Assembly (NCBI RefSeq): GCF_000698785.1
Contig: NZ_CP007536.1
Coordinates: 720,001-752,000, forward strand
Length of the DNA stretch: 32,000 nt
Direction: 5' to 3'
Source of the DNA: Nitrososphaera viennensis EN76
GTDB lineage: Archaea; Thermoproteota; Nitrososphaeria; Nitrososphaerales; Nitrososphaeraceae
Part shown: positions 8,635-16,633 of the stretch, piece after piece
Layout of the letters: each line of letters starts with the position of its first letter
How positions within the stretch are numbered: the first letter of the stretch is position 1
Notes under the pieces: generated by a model
The model's input: only the letters and a program-made list of their open reading frames with translations
Database searches by the model: none
Told to the model about the DNA's origin: nothing
Position numbers and translations under genes: made by a program

Positions 8635-9099
8635 CTACCTCCTGTCATCGCCTTCTCTTTCTTCTCCTTCTTCGTCCTTTTCAAAGTCCAGCTTGTCTTC
8701 GATCTTTTTCTGGAGCTCCTTGTAGGTCTCGTATTTCTTGGTCCACTTTGACAGTATGAACCACTGCCTTATGCCAAGCACCAGCCACACCAGCACGACT
8801 ACAGTTATCAGTACGCGCACCGCGTCAAACGCAGGGCTAAAGGTCGGCGGGCCGGGTGGGCCAGGCGGGCCACCATCACCGCCGACGCCGCCGTTGTGCC
8901 ACCACCATCCTCCCCCTCCGCCTCCAAATGGAGGCCCGAATGTGGCAAATATGACGACGATTGACACGGGCACTATCACCATGATGGTGACAATCATCAG
9001 GATGAACATCTTTTTGGTCTTGTTTATCTGGTAGATTATCTCGTCCATTATCCGAAATGGGCTGTCGCGAGATTCATCATTGCCCGACGGTGCTGTCAC
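8635..9099 (-). CDS. Hypothetical 2-TM membrane protein with Gly/Trp/Pro-rich loop and acidic tail
   Basis: Two TM segments (MFILMIVTIMVIVPVSIVVIFATF and VLITVVVLVWLVLGI) flank GGGGGGWWWHNGGVGGDGGPPGPPGPP. GTG start; an alternative ATG is at 9048. Confidence 0.5.
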   Translation of the reverse strand: MTAPSGNDESRDSPFRIMDEIIYQINKTKKMFILMIVTIMVIVPVSIVVIFATFGPPFGGGGGGWWWHNGGVGGDGGPPGPPGPPTFSPAFDAVRVLITVVVLVWLVLGIRQWFILSKWTKKYETYKELQKKIEDKLDFEKDEEGEEREGDDRR

Positions 9100-9134
9100 G
9101 AGCTACATGCCCCCGTTGCGTTATAAAAAATGCT

Positions 9135-9149
9135 GGTAACAAAGTTACC
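9135..9149. promoter_or_regulatory. Perfect palindrome GGTAAC-AAA-GTTACC next to the TATA-like box of gene 8635-9099
   Basis: ggtaacaaagttacc is read directly. It sits immediately distal to ttataaaaaa (9121-9130) relative to the minus-strand gene start. Confidence 0.4.
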
Positions 9150-9155
9150 TGTCAG

Positions 9156-9192
9156 CATCATCATAGTCATCGTTGTCATCATCATTATCATT
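9156..9192. repeat. ATC/GTC/ATT triplet repeat (reverse complement of the GAT-type repeat)
   Basis: catcatcatagtcatcgttgtcatcatcattatcatt, at or just beyond the 3' end of the wHTH gene. Its reverse complement resembles the 13377-13409 repeat. Confidence 0.8.
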
Positions 9193-9502
9193 GTAGCTTG
9201 CCGCTCTCCCTTGGAAACAGAGCCTCGTAGGGCTCCAGTATCTCATTCAGTATCGCCCTGCCTTTTTCTGACAGCTTGTATTTTATTATCGTCTTGTTGC
9301 CCCACAGTTCCTCGAACCTCGTCAGCAGGCCCTTTTCAACCATGTCGTCGATTATCACCTTGTGCTTGACGTTGTTAAGCCCGCAGTAGCTCATCAGCTT
9401 GCTCTGGTTGAGCTCGCCGTATTCTGACAGTTTCAGCATGATGTCTTTGCGAATGTAAATCCTGTCGCGGTATTCGTGGACCAATTTAACCAGGTTTTCC
9501 AA
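9188..9502 (-). CDS. Small winged-helix transcriptional regulator (archaeal HTH_45-like)
   Basis: 104-aa protein. Pattern RKDIMLKLSEYGELNQSKLMSYCGLN ... MVEKGLL ... YKLSEKGRAILNEI matches small archaeal wHTH proteins. TTG start. Confidence 0.7.
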   Translation of the reverse strand: MENLVKLVHEYRDRIYIRKDIMLKLSEYGELNQSKLMSYCGLNNVKHKVIIDDMVEKGLLTRFEELWGNKTIIKYKLSEKGRAILNEILEPYEALFPRESGKLQ

Positions 9503-9639
9503 GCTTGGCGGCTGTCAGTACAGGATCAACGGGGTTAGCAAATTTGTTGCTGTCAGCAGGAAGAAGCGGCATGACCATTAGTAGCACCATAGTCCAATCT
9601 TACTAAAAGGGCTTTTTGGCGGAAGTAGATTAAGGGTAT

Positions 9640-9653
9640 GGTAACTAAGTTAC
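9640..9653. promoter_or_regulatory. Second copy of the palindrome, GGTAAC-TAA-GTTAC, in the divergent region between the wHTH gene and gene 9702-10142
   Basis: ggtaactaagttac is read directly, about 20 nt upstream of ttaaaata (9674-9681). Confidence 0.4.
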
Positions 9654-9701
9654 GTGACTTTGGTTGACAACCGTTAAAATAATTCCTGTGCTTGTTTGTG
9701 C

Positions 9702-10142
9702 ATGGCAAAGAACGCAAGACTTGTAATTGCAAAGATACTGGCGGCGGCAACGCTTGCCTTGGTTCTGCCTTTTTTTGCAGGCGGCGTGCCGACGCTGCAG
9801 GCATGGTTGCTTGAGAACGGGTTTGGACCGGCGCTGCAGGCTGGGCTTCCGCCGGTGCTACAGCAATCGTTTGCACAGGTGTTTGGCTTGAGCGCGATAG
9901 TTCTGGCGACCACAGCGTTTGTCGTGTCGCTGGGGCAGAGGTCATTTCTGGTGGCAGGGTTGCTGGCTGCAAGTGGAGTGATCTTCATGATACCGGCGAT
10001 AATGGCTACAGGGTACTTTGCAGTCATCGTGTTTCCGGGCCCAATAATCGGAGTGATTCTGGGGCTTGGCATATTCGGGCTTGGCATCGCAAAGAGCGTA
10101 AGGACCGCAATGGCTACGCCGCTGGCAACCGCGCTGAGGTGA
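9702..10142 (+). CDS. Hypothetical polytopic membrane protein
   Basis: Four hydrophobic helices rich in A/G/L/V. ATG 9702 lies about 25 nt downstream of ttaaaata. The overlapping antisense ORFs look non-coding. Confidence 0.55.
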   Translation: MAKNARLVIAKILAAATLALVLPFFAGGVPTLQAWLLENGFGPALQAGLPPVLQQSFAQVFGLSAIVLATTAFVVSLGQRSFLVAGLLAASGVIFMIPAIMATGYFAVIVFPGPIIGVILGLGIFGLGIAKSVRTAMATPLATALR

Positions 10143-10152
10143 AATGATCAAG

Positions 10153-10180
10153 TGTCAAGAATCAACGGTCAAGAATCAAC
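10153..10180. repeat. Perfect tandem duplication of a 14-mer (GTCAAGAATCAACG x2)
   Basis: Read directly. It lies in the 50-nt gap between gene 9702-10142 and the GTG start of the SRPBCC gene. Confidence 0.9.
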
Positions 10181-10192
10181 GCCAGCCGCCAC

Positions 10193-10579
10193 GTGCCTGC
10201 GCCGGTGGACAGGGTGTGGGAGGTCGTCTCAGACGTTGACAGCGAGCCCAGGTACTACCCCGGCCTCAACTCTGTCAGGAACATCAGCAGGAACGGCAAC
10301 GTGATCGAAAGGGAGGTGACAGTCGGCTTTAGGGACTCGCGCGGAAAGCAGACCGTGATGCTGAACCCCAAGAGGTCGGTAGAGGTGATCATGAAGGAAG
10401 GCGTCATGACAGGCACGAGGACAGTCACGCTGACCCCCCTTGACGGTGGCACAAGGATCGACATTTCCTGGGACATAGAGGTGCCCGGCGTCCCTGCGCT
10501 GTTCAGGGGCAACGTGAAAAACCGCATTGCAAAAGGAACCGAGGAGGCGCTAGACAGGATTGCCAGAGCAGCTCAGTAG
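10193..10579 (+). CDS. SRPBCC (START/polyketide-cyclase-like) domain protein
   Basis: N-terminal pattern PAPVDRVWEVVSDVDSEPRYYPGL, about 130 aa, with the usual beta-rich middle and a C-terminal helix. GTG start. Confidence 0.7.
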   Translation: MPAPVDRVWEVVSDVDSEPRYYPGLNSVRNISRNGNVIEREVTVGFRDSRGKQTVMLNPKRSVEVIMKEGVMTGTRTVTLTPLDGGTRIDISWDIEVPGVPALFRGNVKNRIAKGTEEALDRIARAAQ

Positions 10580-10634
10580 TGGTAGCCTGGCGGCGCAGTC
10601 GCGCAGGCACGCAGCAGCTGGCCTGGCGATTCAC

Positions 10635-11021
10635 ATGGTCGGATTTGCGCTTGGATTCACGTCGATCGGGCTGGTCGTAGGCAGAGTCATCGACATGGAA
10701 TCGGGCCTTGCCGTGCTGACTCCTTTTGCAGACCTGCTGTACGGCCTTGGACTTGTCGTCATAGTGGCAGTCGCAGCCAGAGCCGGCGTCCCGATGAAGT
10801 ATTTGCTTGTAGCAGGGGCAGTGATTGGAGTAGGCCTCTTTTTCAAGTCAGCACCGCACGAGATCCACATTGCTTCCGGCATTGGGTTCGGGCTTGCACA
10901 CAATGGCCATATCGTAATAGGAACTATTCTGATAACCATCTCTGCAGTGGCGCCTGCAGTACTGGCGTTTGTCCACATCAGATCTGGATGGCAGAGAGCG
11001 CAGGAGAGGCAGGAGTCGTAA
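10635..11021 (+). CDS. Hypothetical membrane protein
   Basis: Four hydrophobic segments. The track start TTG 10560 overlaps the upstream gene, so ATG 10635 (MVGFALGF) is preferred. Confidence 0.5.
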   Translation: MVGFALGFTSIGLVVGRVIDMESGLAVLTPFADLLYGLGLVVIVAVAARAGVPMKYLLVAGAVIGVGLFFKSAPHEIHIASGIGFGLAHNGHIVIGTILITISAVAPAVLAFVHIRSGWQRAQERQES

Positions 11022-11048
11022 CAGCAACTCTAGGGTGATTTAGGATAC

Positions 11049-11255
11049 ATGTCGACAACAACAGGATCGAAATTTCCACACAGAAAAGACGGACAGGAAC
11101 ACTACCTAAACATATGGCCCGGAGTCGGGCACTCCGCGCTGGTCATGATCCCTGTAACGCCGGAAATCCAGGCGCAGCTCGATGCTATGACGGTCTATCT
11201 GCGAGAAGCGCTGACGGACAGTAATAATGAGGAAGACTTCAGCGAGGCCAGATAA
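11049..11255 (+). CDS. Hypothetical small protein
   Basis: 68-aa ATG ORF immediately upstream of, and apparently co-oriented in an operon with, the SHOCT protein gene. No motifs. Confidence 0.35.
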   Translation: MSTTTGSKFPHRKDGQEHYLNIWPGVGHSALVMIPVTPEIQAQLDAMTVYLREALTDSNNEEDFSEAR

Positions 11256-11256
11256 C

Positions 11257-11622
11257 ATGAGTGGGAACCAAGACTCAAACCGCATCAGGCGAATCGTAGG
11301 CTGGGGCATGATAGGATTGATAGCCGCAATAGGAATAGCTATTGTTCTATCATTCTACCTTGCACCCCGGCCGCCAGGAGCCTTCTATTTCTTCCCGTTT
11401 CATTTTGGCTGGCTGGGCGGCATCTTCTTGATATTCATAGTCTTTTGGATAGCAAGGTGGCTGCTCTGGCCTTGGAGGGGAGGAAGAGGCTACTATTACG
11501 CGTACCCATACCAGCAAAGGGCGGACGCCGTGTCAATTGTCAGGGAGAGGTATGCGAAAGGCGAGATCACAAAAGAGCAGTTTGAGCAGATGCTGCGCGA
11601 CTTGCGGCAGCAGGAGGACTGA
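11257..11622 (+). CDS. Membrane protein with C-terminal SHOCT domain
   Basis: Two TM helices, then RERYAKGEITKEQFEQMLRDL, which is the SHOCT short C-terminal motif. ATG 11257 follows the upstream stop by 1 nt. Confidence 0.65.
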   Translation: MSGNQDSNRIRRIVGWGMIGLIAAIGIAIVLSFYLAPRPPGAFYFFPFHFGWLGGIFLIFIVFWIARWLLWPWRGGRGYYYAYPYQQRADAVSIVRERYAKGEITKEQFEQMLRDLRQQED

Positions 11623-11672
11623 AGACATTGGCATACGCTGCAGACGGCATAAACGTACGAGGCGCAGAGTGC

Positions 11673-12053
11673 ATGAGCGTCGCGCTTGGCAGAAACAGCA
11701 GTAACAAAGGATTTGGAGGCGCCGCAGGCATTGCAAAGGTGCTTGGCAGGCGGTGGGCGCTTTTGATCCTTGAAAACCTGAGTGGCAGAGAAGCGGCGCG
11801 TTTTGACGACTTAAAGCGCGCCCTTGGAGGAATCAGCAGCACGGTGCTGTCAGAGCGCCTGAAGGAGCTGGAATGCAATAGCCTGATAGTCAAAAAGAGC
11901 TACAAGGGAAGGCCGCCGAGGATAGAATACAGGCTTTCAGACGGCACAAAAGAGCTTGAAGCCATCATGGATGAAATCGGCAGGTGGCAGGCGAGGTGGA
12001 AGAAAAAGAATAAGCCGCCGGCAGGAGACGCGATGAAAAGGCAATCGCTTTAA
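11673..12053 (+). CDS. HxlR-family winged-helix transcriptional regulator
   Basis: LGRRWALLILENL ... RFDDLKRALGGISSTVLSERLKELECNSLIVKK ... PRIEYRLSDGTKEL is the HxlR signature. The start is chosen at the first ATG; the track start is TTG 11628. Confidence 0.8.
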   Translation: MSVALGRNSSNKGFGGAAGIAKVLGRRWALLILENLSGREAARFDDLKRALGGISSTVLSERLKELECNSLIVKKSYKGRPPRIEYRLSDGTKELEAIMDEIGRWQARWKKKNKPPAGDAMKRQSL

Positions 12054-12134
12054 AGAGTTTCGGACCGGAAAAAATTTCTTGTGAAACTCATTTTAGATTT
12101 GGATCGATAACTATAACGGGTAAACAAACAGCAT

Positions 12135-13367
12135 ATGAGGATACTGCATCTTTCCCACGACGGCCTGCCGGATTGGCGGGTCGAAAAAGCGGCGCTGGCC
12201 TCATCAAAGCAAGGCTACGAGGTATTTTTTGCAGGGAAAAAAGTCGCCGGCGGATATGACACGTCAAAAATATTCAATCAGGCGTACGAGATAAACTGGA
12301 CGGCAAAGGCGCTCTATGGAATACCGTATTACTGGCATTCGGTAAGGAGCCAGCTTGCCAGGATACTCAAGCAGGTCAGGCCAGACGTGGTGCACGCCCA
12401 CAACCTCTTTTCGGCAAAGCTCGCCCAAGACCTTGGAGAGCATTTCGTCTACGACGACCACGAATCCTGGTCAAAGCATTCCCTCCTTCTGGGCGAAATG
12501 GAAGAAAAAGCAACAGCGGCGCAGCAGCAACAACAATACATCAGCAGCGCAAACGGCAGCGGCAGCAGTGGCAGTAGCCTGGTACATTCCATCAGGTCCA
12601 TGGCTGCGCGGACCAAGAGGACCGCGGTAAACCGCCATGCGACTAGTTTGTGGACAAAATGGGAGAAGGATGTCCTGGGCTCGTCGGCAGCGACCATCAC
12701 CGTCTCAAACAGGATCGCAAGAGAACTCAGGCTGGCCTCCGGGAATAATAATAATGCAAGGGTTGTCGTTGTCCCGAATTACCCGACGAGGCAGGAGACC
12801 AGCGGCCTGGACAGGCCAAGATACCTTGACAGGCTGTCCTCCGTCTACTCGGGAAGCGACGGCCAGAGCAACGGCGCCAAACTGCCCAACCGCAACATGG
12901 ACGGCCTCTACGACCTGTTTGATTCCAACGACAACAACAGCAATACAGGAAGGCTGACAATACTCGGCTGGCAGCAAGACGCCGATCCTTCCTCAAGGGT
13001 GAGATTCTCAGGGTTCCTCTCCAGAAAAGAGATGTTCAAGGAAATGTCAAACCATTCGATTGGGCTGCTGCCCTGGAAGCGGCACTGGTCCCATTACTTT
13101 GTCAATCCAAACAAGGTCTACGAATACGCCCACGCGGGCCTCCACGTGATGTGCACCTCTTCCTTTGAAACGGTGATAGAGACGCTGCAAGGAAACTGCT
13201 CGACATTTGATAACTACGAGGACCTGGCATCGCAGCTGGAATACTACAATGAAAACATGGACGAGCTTTACGAAAAGAGGGCCAGGACGTTTGAATTTGC
13301 GCACAGCAACCTGGTATGGGAGAATTTCGAGCCCGAGATACTCAGGTCCTACCAATTGACTGGCTGA
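12135..13367 (+). CDS. GT-B fold (GT4-like) glycosyltransferase with low-complexity inserts
   Basis: N-terminus MRILHLSHDG ... GYEVFFAG ... VHAHN and C-terminal NPNKVYEYAHAGLHVMCT resemble group 1 glycosyltransferases. Inserts QQQQQYISSANGSGSSGSS, GNNNNA and SNDNNSN are present. Confidence 0.65.
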   Translation: MRILHLSHDGLPDWRVEKAALASSKQGYEVFFAGKKVAGGYDTSKIFNQAYEINWTAKALYGIPYYWHSVRSQLARILKQVRPDVVHAHNLFSAKLAQDLGEHFVYDDHESWSKHSLLLGEMEEKATAAQQQQQYISSANGSGSSGSSLVHSIRSMAARTKRTAVNRHATSLWTKWEKDVLGSSAATITVSNRIARELRLASGNNNNARVVVVPNYPTRQETSGLDRPRYLDRLSSVYSGSDGQSNGAKLPNRNMDGLYDLFDSNDNNSNTGRLTILGWQQDADPSSRVRFSGFLSRKEMFKEMSNHSIGLLPWKRHWSHYFVNPNKVYEYAHAGLHVMCTSSFETVIETLQGNCSTFDNYEDLASQLEYYNENMDELYEKRARTFEFAHSNLVWENFEPEILRSYQLTG

Positions 13368-13376
13368 GGGGAAAAT

Positions 13377-13409
13377 GAGGATGATGACGATGACGATAAT
13401 GATGATGAT
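13377..13409. repeat. GAT/GAC/AAT triplet repeat (Asp-codon-like) in the intergenic gap between the two glycosyltransferase genes
   Basis: gaggatgatgacgatgacgataatgatgatgat. It is in frame with, but downstream of, the TGA stop of gene 12135-13367. Confidence 0.85.
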
Positions 13410-13439
13410 GCTTGGCAGCAACCAAGGTTGTAGAAAAAA

Positions 13440-14447
13440 ATGCTGAACATACTGCACATCTGGGACCAGGCGGGCGTGGCCTGCGTCCTGGCGAAATACC
13501 AGAGAAGGATGCAAGGGTGCCAGTCAAAAGTCATCATAACAAGCAACGCGGACAAATTCGGGATTTACGACTTTTACAGCAGCAGTAATAACAACAACAA
13601 TAATGATGATAATGACAATATTGCAGACGTTGTTGCCAGCCCCCAGGATTTTGTCGGAACGTGCCTGAAAAGGGCGGAAAAAGCGGATGTGATTCATGTC
13701 CACAGCAGGGCTGATATGGTTCCCATCCTGCGCAAAAGATTCGGCGACTCAAAAGTAATCGTGCTCCACTACCACGGCACAGACATCAGAGGATTAAGGA
13801 AATACAGCCTCCCGCACAGGTCGATTGCCTCCGACATTGCCATCATGGCAATCTACACGGCAAGAAGGATAAAGAACCGGAGCACAAATCCGCAAGCCCA
13901 AAAAATGGCAGACCGGGTTGTCGTGGCGACTCCCGACCTTCTAGAGCTTGCGCCTCCGATGTCGGTGTACGTCCCAAATCCGGTGGACGTGGATCACTTT
14001 CGGCCAATCCGGAAAAACCCTGCTGCAGGCGAAAGGACAGGCCAAAGTGACGATGAGGATAATAATAGTAGTACTAAAGCATTGACATTCAACACCGAGA
14101 CTGCCGATTTGCAACTGGTCATGCAGCATTTCGAAAAAAGCAGGCTGCCCTACGAATTAGAAGTGTACGACAGGACCAAGAACCCGATAAGGTACGGGGA
14201 CATGCCGGCCTTTCTTGGAAAATACAGGGCGTACGTGGACATAAGGTACGTAAACGGCAAGGTCCTGCAAAACCAGAGCAAGACCGCGCTTGAAGCTCTT
14301 GCCTGCGGCTTGAAGGTAATAGACTACAGGGCAAACGTCCACACCCGCCTGCCGCCAGAACACGACCCGCTTGGCATCGCGTCGAGGCTTGTCGGCATGT
14401 ATCACAACTTGCTCGAAAACAAGGGCGCAAGGAGGCTCCAACTATGA
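13440..14447 (+). CDS. GT-B fold (GT4-like) glycosyltransferase, divergent
   Basis: MLNILHIWDQAGVA ... VIHVHS ... and C-terminal SKTALEALACGLKVI resemble the EAMAxGxPV motif region. Contains an N/D-rich insert SSSNNNNNNDDNDN. Confidence 0.55.
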   Translation: MLNILHIWDQAGVACVLAKYQRRMQGCQSKVIITSNADKFGIYDFYSSSNNNNNNDDNDNIADVVASPQDFVGTCLKRAEKADVIHVHSRADMVPILRKRFGDSKVIVLHYHGTDIRGLRKYSLPHRSIASDIAIMAIYTARRIKNRSTNPQAQKMADRVVVATPDLLELAPPMSVYVPNPVDVDHFRPIRKNPAAGERTGQSDDEDNNSSTKALTFNTETADLQLVMQHFEKSRLPYELEVYDRTKNPIRYGDMPAFLGKYRAYVDIRYVNGKVLQNQSKTALEALACGLKVIDYRANVHTRLPPEHDPLGIASRLVGMYHNLLENKGARRLQL

Positions 14448-15265
14448 AGAATTCAGAAACAAGGGGGTACTGGGAAGAGAGGCTTGCAAAGAATTTCGAC
14501 CTGTCCGGCGTGGGCTTTTCCACCCTTGGAAAAAAGTACAACGAATGGATGTACAGGATCCGCAGGCATGTTTTGCTCAAGACGCTAGGAAAGCTGGACT
14601 ACCATCACTTTGGCGACAACAACACGACAAAGATTCTGGACATCGGGGTCGGGACGGGCTTTTACATCGACTTTTGGAAGAAATGGTGCCAGGGCAAGGC
14701 GGCAGTAGCAGCAGTAGACGGAGTGGACATCACAAACGTAGCAGTTGAAAGGATGAAAAAGAAGTATCACGATTCGCAGTTTTATGTCGCGGACATTGGC
14801 GAGAACAACGTGCTTGAAATGTTTGGCAAAAAAAGGTACGACGTCATATCTGCCTTTGACGTGCTTTTCCACATCACCAACGACGAAAAGTACAGGCGGG
14901 CGATACAGAACATCTACGCCCTCCTGGAGCCGGCGGGGATCTTTGTCCTGTCGGAAAACTTTGTGCATTCCAACTTGAGAGCAAATTTTCAGGTGAACAG
15001 GTCAAAAGGGCACATCGAGAGACTGCTTTCAGATACAGGGTTTCAGATAATCGAGCGGACTCCCATGTTCGTACTGATGAACGCCCCCGTCAATTCAGAT
15101 TCAAGGGTGAGAAAGTACTGCTGGAGGTCGCTTACAAGGCTTGTCAGCCGGGGCGAATCTGCAGGATTTGTCATGGGCGCCGCTGTCTATCCGGTGGAGC
15201 GCCTGCTCCTGTCAGTGACTGACAAGGGGCCGTCAACCGAGCTCATCATTTGCAAAAAAGCATAA
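14444..15265 (+). CDS. Class I SAM-dependent methyltransferase
   Basis: Motif I ILDIGVGTGFY, then YDVISAFDVLFHI and LLEPAGIFVLSE. Its ATG overlaps the upstream stop (ATGA), suggesting translational coupling. Confidence 0.85.
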   Translation: MKNSETRGYWEERLAKNFDLSGVGFSTLGKKYNEWMYRIRRHVLLKTLGKLDYHHFGDNNTTKILDIGVGTGFYIDFWKKWCQGKAAVAAVDGVDITNVAVERMKKKYHDSQFYVADIGENNVLEMFGKKRYDVISAFDVLFHITNDEKYRRAIQNIYALLEPAGIFVLSENFVHSNLRANFQVNRSKGHIERLLSDTGFQIIERTPMFVLMNAPVNSDSRVRKYCWRSLTRLVSRGESAGFVMGAAVYPVERLLLSVTDKGPSTELIICKKA

Positions 15266-15321
15266 GTAGGACACAAGAAAGAGATAGAAGGAGAGCTTTT
15301 CTCCCATGGCCAAGTCCCTGT

Positions 15322-16428
15322 TTAGTTTTCCTCGATCTTGCTTTCGAGCAGAGACACGATCCTGTCCCTGACTATTGCAGAGGCTTTGCCCTGTCCAAAG
15401 ACGGCTCTGGGCTTTTTCCCGACAGGCGCCCATTTCTGGACCGCCTCGATTATCGCCTGCGCGTCGCTGCTGCCCACAAGTTTGTTCCACCCCAGGTCGA
15501 CTGTTTCGACCCATTCAGTGTTCCGGCGGGTGGTGATGCAGGGAACCTTCAGGAGAAAGGCTTCCTTCTGGACGCCGCCTGAATCGGTGACTATCTTGCT
15601 TGCGTTGCGCGCCAGCTTGACAAAGTCGACGTACCCAAGAGGCTTTATCATTCTCAGGTTTTTGCAACGCGAGAGGGCAGGGAGGTGGCGGCTGTCTTTG
15701 ATGGCCTTTAGAGTCCGCGGGTGTATTGGAAACACTATTGTCGTGTCCTTGAGCGCCTTTATCGCCTTGATTATGGTCGCCAGGTTGTGCGGCGATGCAG
15801 TAGTGTTTTCCACCCGGTGGATTGTCAGGAGGACGTACGACTTTGGTTCCAGGGACAGCCTGTCAAGGACGTCTGACTTTGCTCCTGCCCGGACTGCTTC
15901 GTCGACGATTTCCACGGACAGGTCGCCGCTGTAGACTATATCGCCCTGAACGGATTCTTTGCGCAGGTTGCCGACTGCCGTACGCGTCGACGCAAACAAA
16001 TAGTTGCTTATGTGATCCGTCAGGACCCTGTTTGTTTCTTCAGGCATCCGCCTGTCAAAGCTCCTCAGCCCCGATTCGACATGGGCCAGCCTTGTTTTGG
16101 ACCCGACAGCGGCCAATGCCCCTGCCAGCGTAGAGTTGGTGTCCCCATAGACCATCACCAGATCAAAACCTGAGCGCAAGAGCACTTTTTCGATCCTCTT
16201 TATCATCTCTCCCGTCTGGTATCCCGGGGTGCCGGACCCCACCTTCAGGTTGATGTCCGGCTTTGGGAGCTTGAACTCTTTGAAAAATATCTCGGACATT
16301 TCAAAGTCGTAATGCTGGCCGGTGTGGATTATCGTGTGCTCGATTTCAGGATTTCTGGCAAGCGCCTTGTGGACTGGCGCAAGCTTGATAAAATTGGGCC
16401 GGGCCCCTACTACAGATGCTATTTTCAA
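15322..16428 (-). CDS. wecB: UDP-N-acetylglucosamine 2-epimerase (non-hydrolysing)
   Basis: MKIASVVGARPNFIKLAPV, HTGQHYD, VYGDTNS, TDSGGVQKEA. The WecB pattern runs along the full length. Confidence 0.9.
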   Translation of the reverse strand: MKIASVVGARPNFIKLAPVHKALARNPEIEHTIIHTGQHYDFEMSEIFFKEFKLPKPDINLKVGSGTPGYQTGEMIKRIEKVLLRSGFDLVMVYGDTNSTLAGALAAVGSKTRLAHVESGLRSFDRRMPEETNRVLTDHISNYLFASTRTAVGNLRKESVQGDIVYSGDLSVEIVDEAVRAGAKSDVLDRLSLEPKSYVLLTIHRVENTTASPHNLATIIKAIKALKDTTIVFPIHPRTLKAIKDSRHLPALSRCKNLRMIKPLGYVDFVKLARNASKIVTDSGGVQKEAFLLKVPCITTRRNTEWVETVDLGWNKLVGSSDAQAIIEAVQKWAPVGKKPRAVFGQGKASAIVRDRIVSLLESKIEEN

Positions 16429-16633
16429 TTTCTTTCAGGAACAAGGTAGCCAGAAGCAGTATTATTGTTATTTGTCACCGAGTTGCTCAGAATAGCAGAG
16501 GGCTTGCAGAGTGATAACCCCTTTACCACCTCTACACAATAAAAAATAAAGCAGAAAGCCAGTAAAATTACCGGCGGGTCCCGGCTTGAACCCCTATCTT
16601 AAACTGAAGGACGTCTTGAATAAAGAGAAAAGG

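Noticed and set aside
9553-10087. Two overlapping minus-strand ORFs (139 and 137 aa)
   Set aside because: They are antisense to the plus-strand membrane protein, which has regular TM helices and a TATA-like box at the proper distance. The minus translations are Pro/Ala/Thr-rich with no structure.
10144-10192. 14-bp tandem duplication as the cause of a frameshifted SRPBCC N-terminus
   Set aside because: Removing one repeat copy does not bring ATG 10144 into the SRPBCC frame (the offset becomes 35 nt). The GTG start at 10193 is retained.
15338-15934. 198-aa plus-strand ORF
   Set aside because: Antisense to wecB, which has strong homology-type motifs along its full length.
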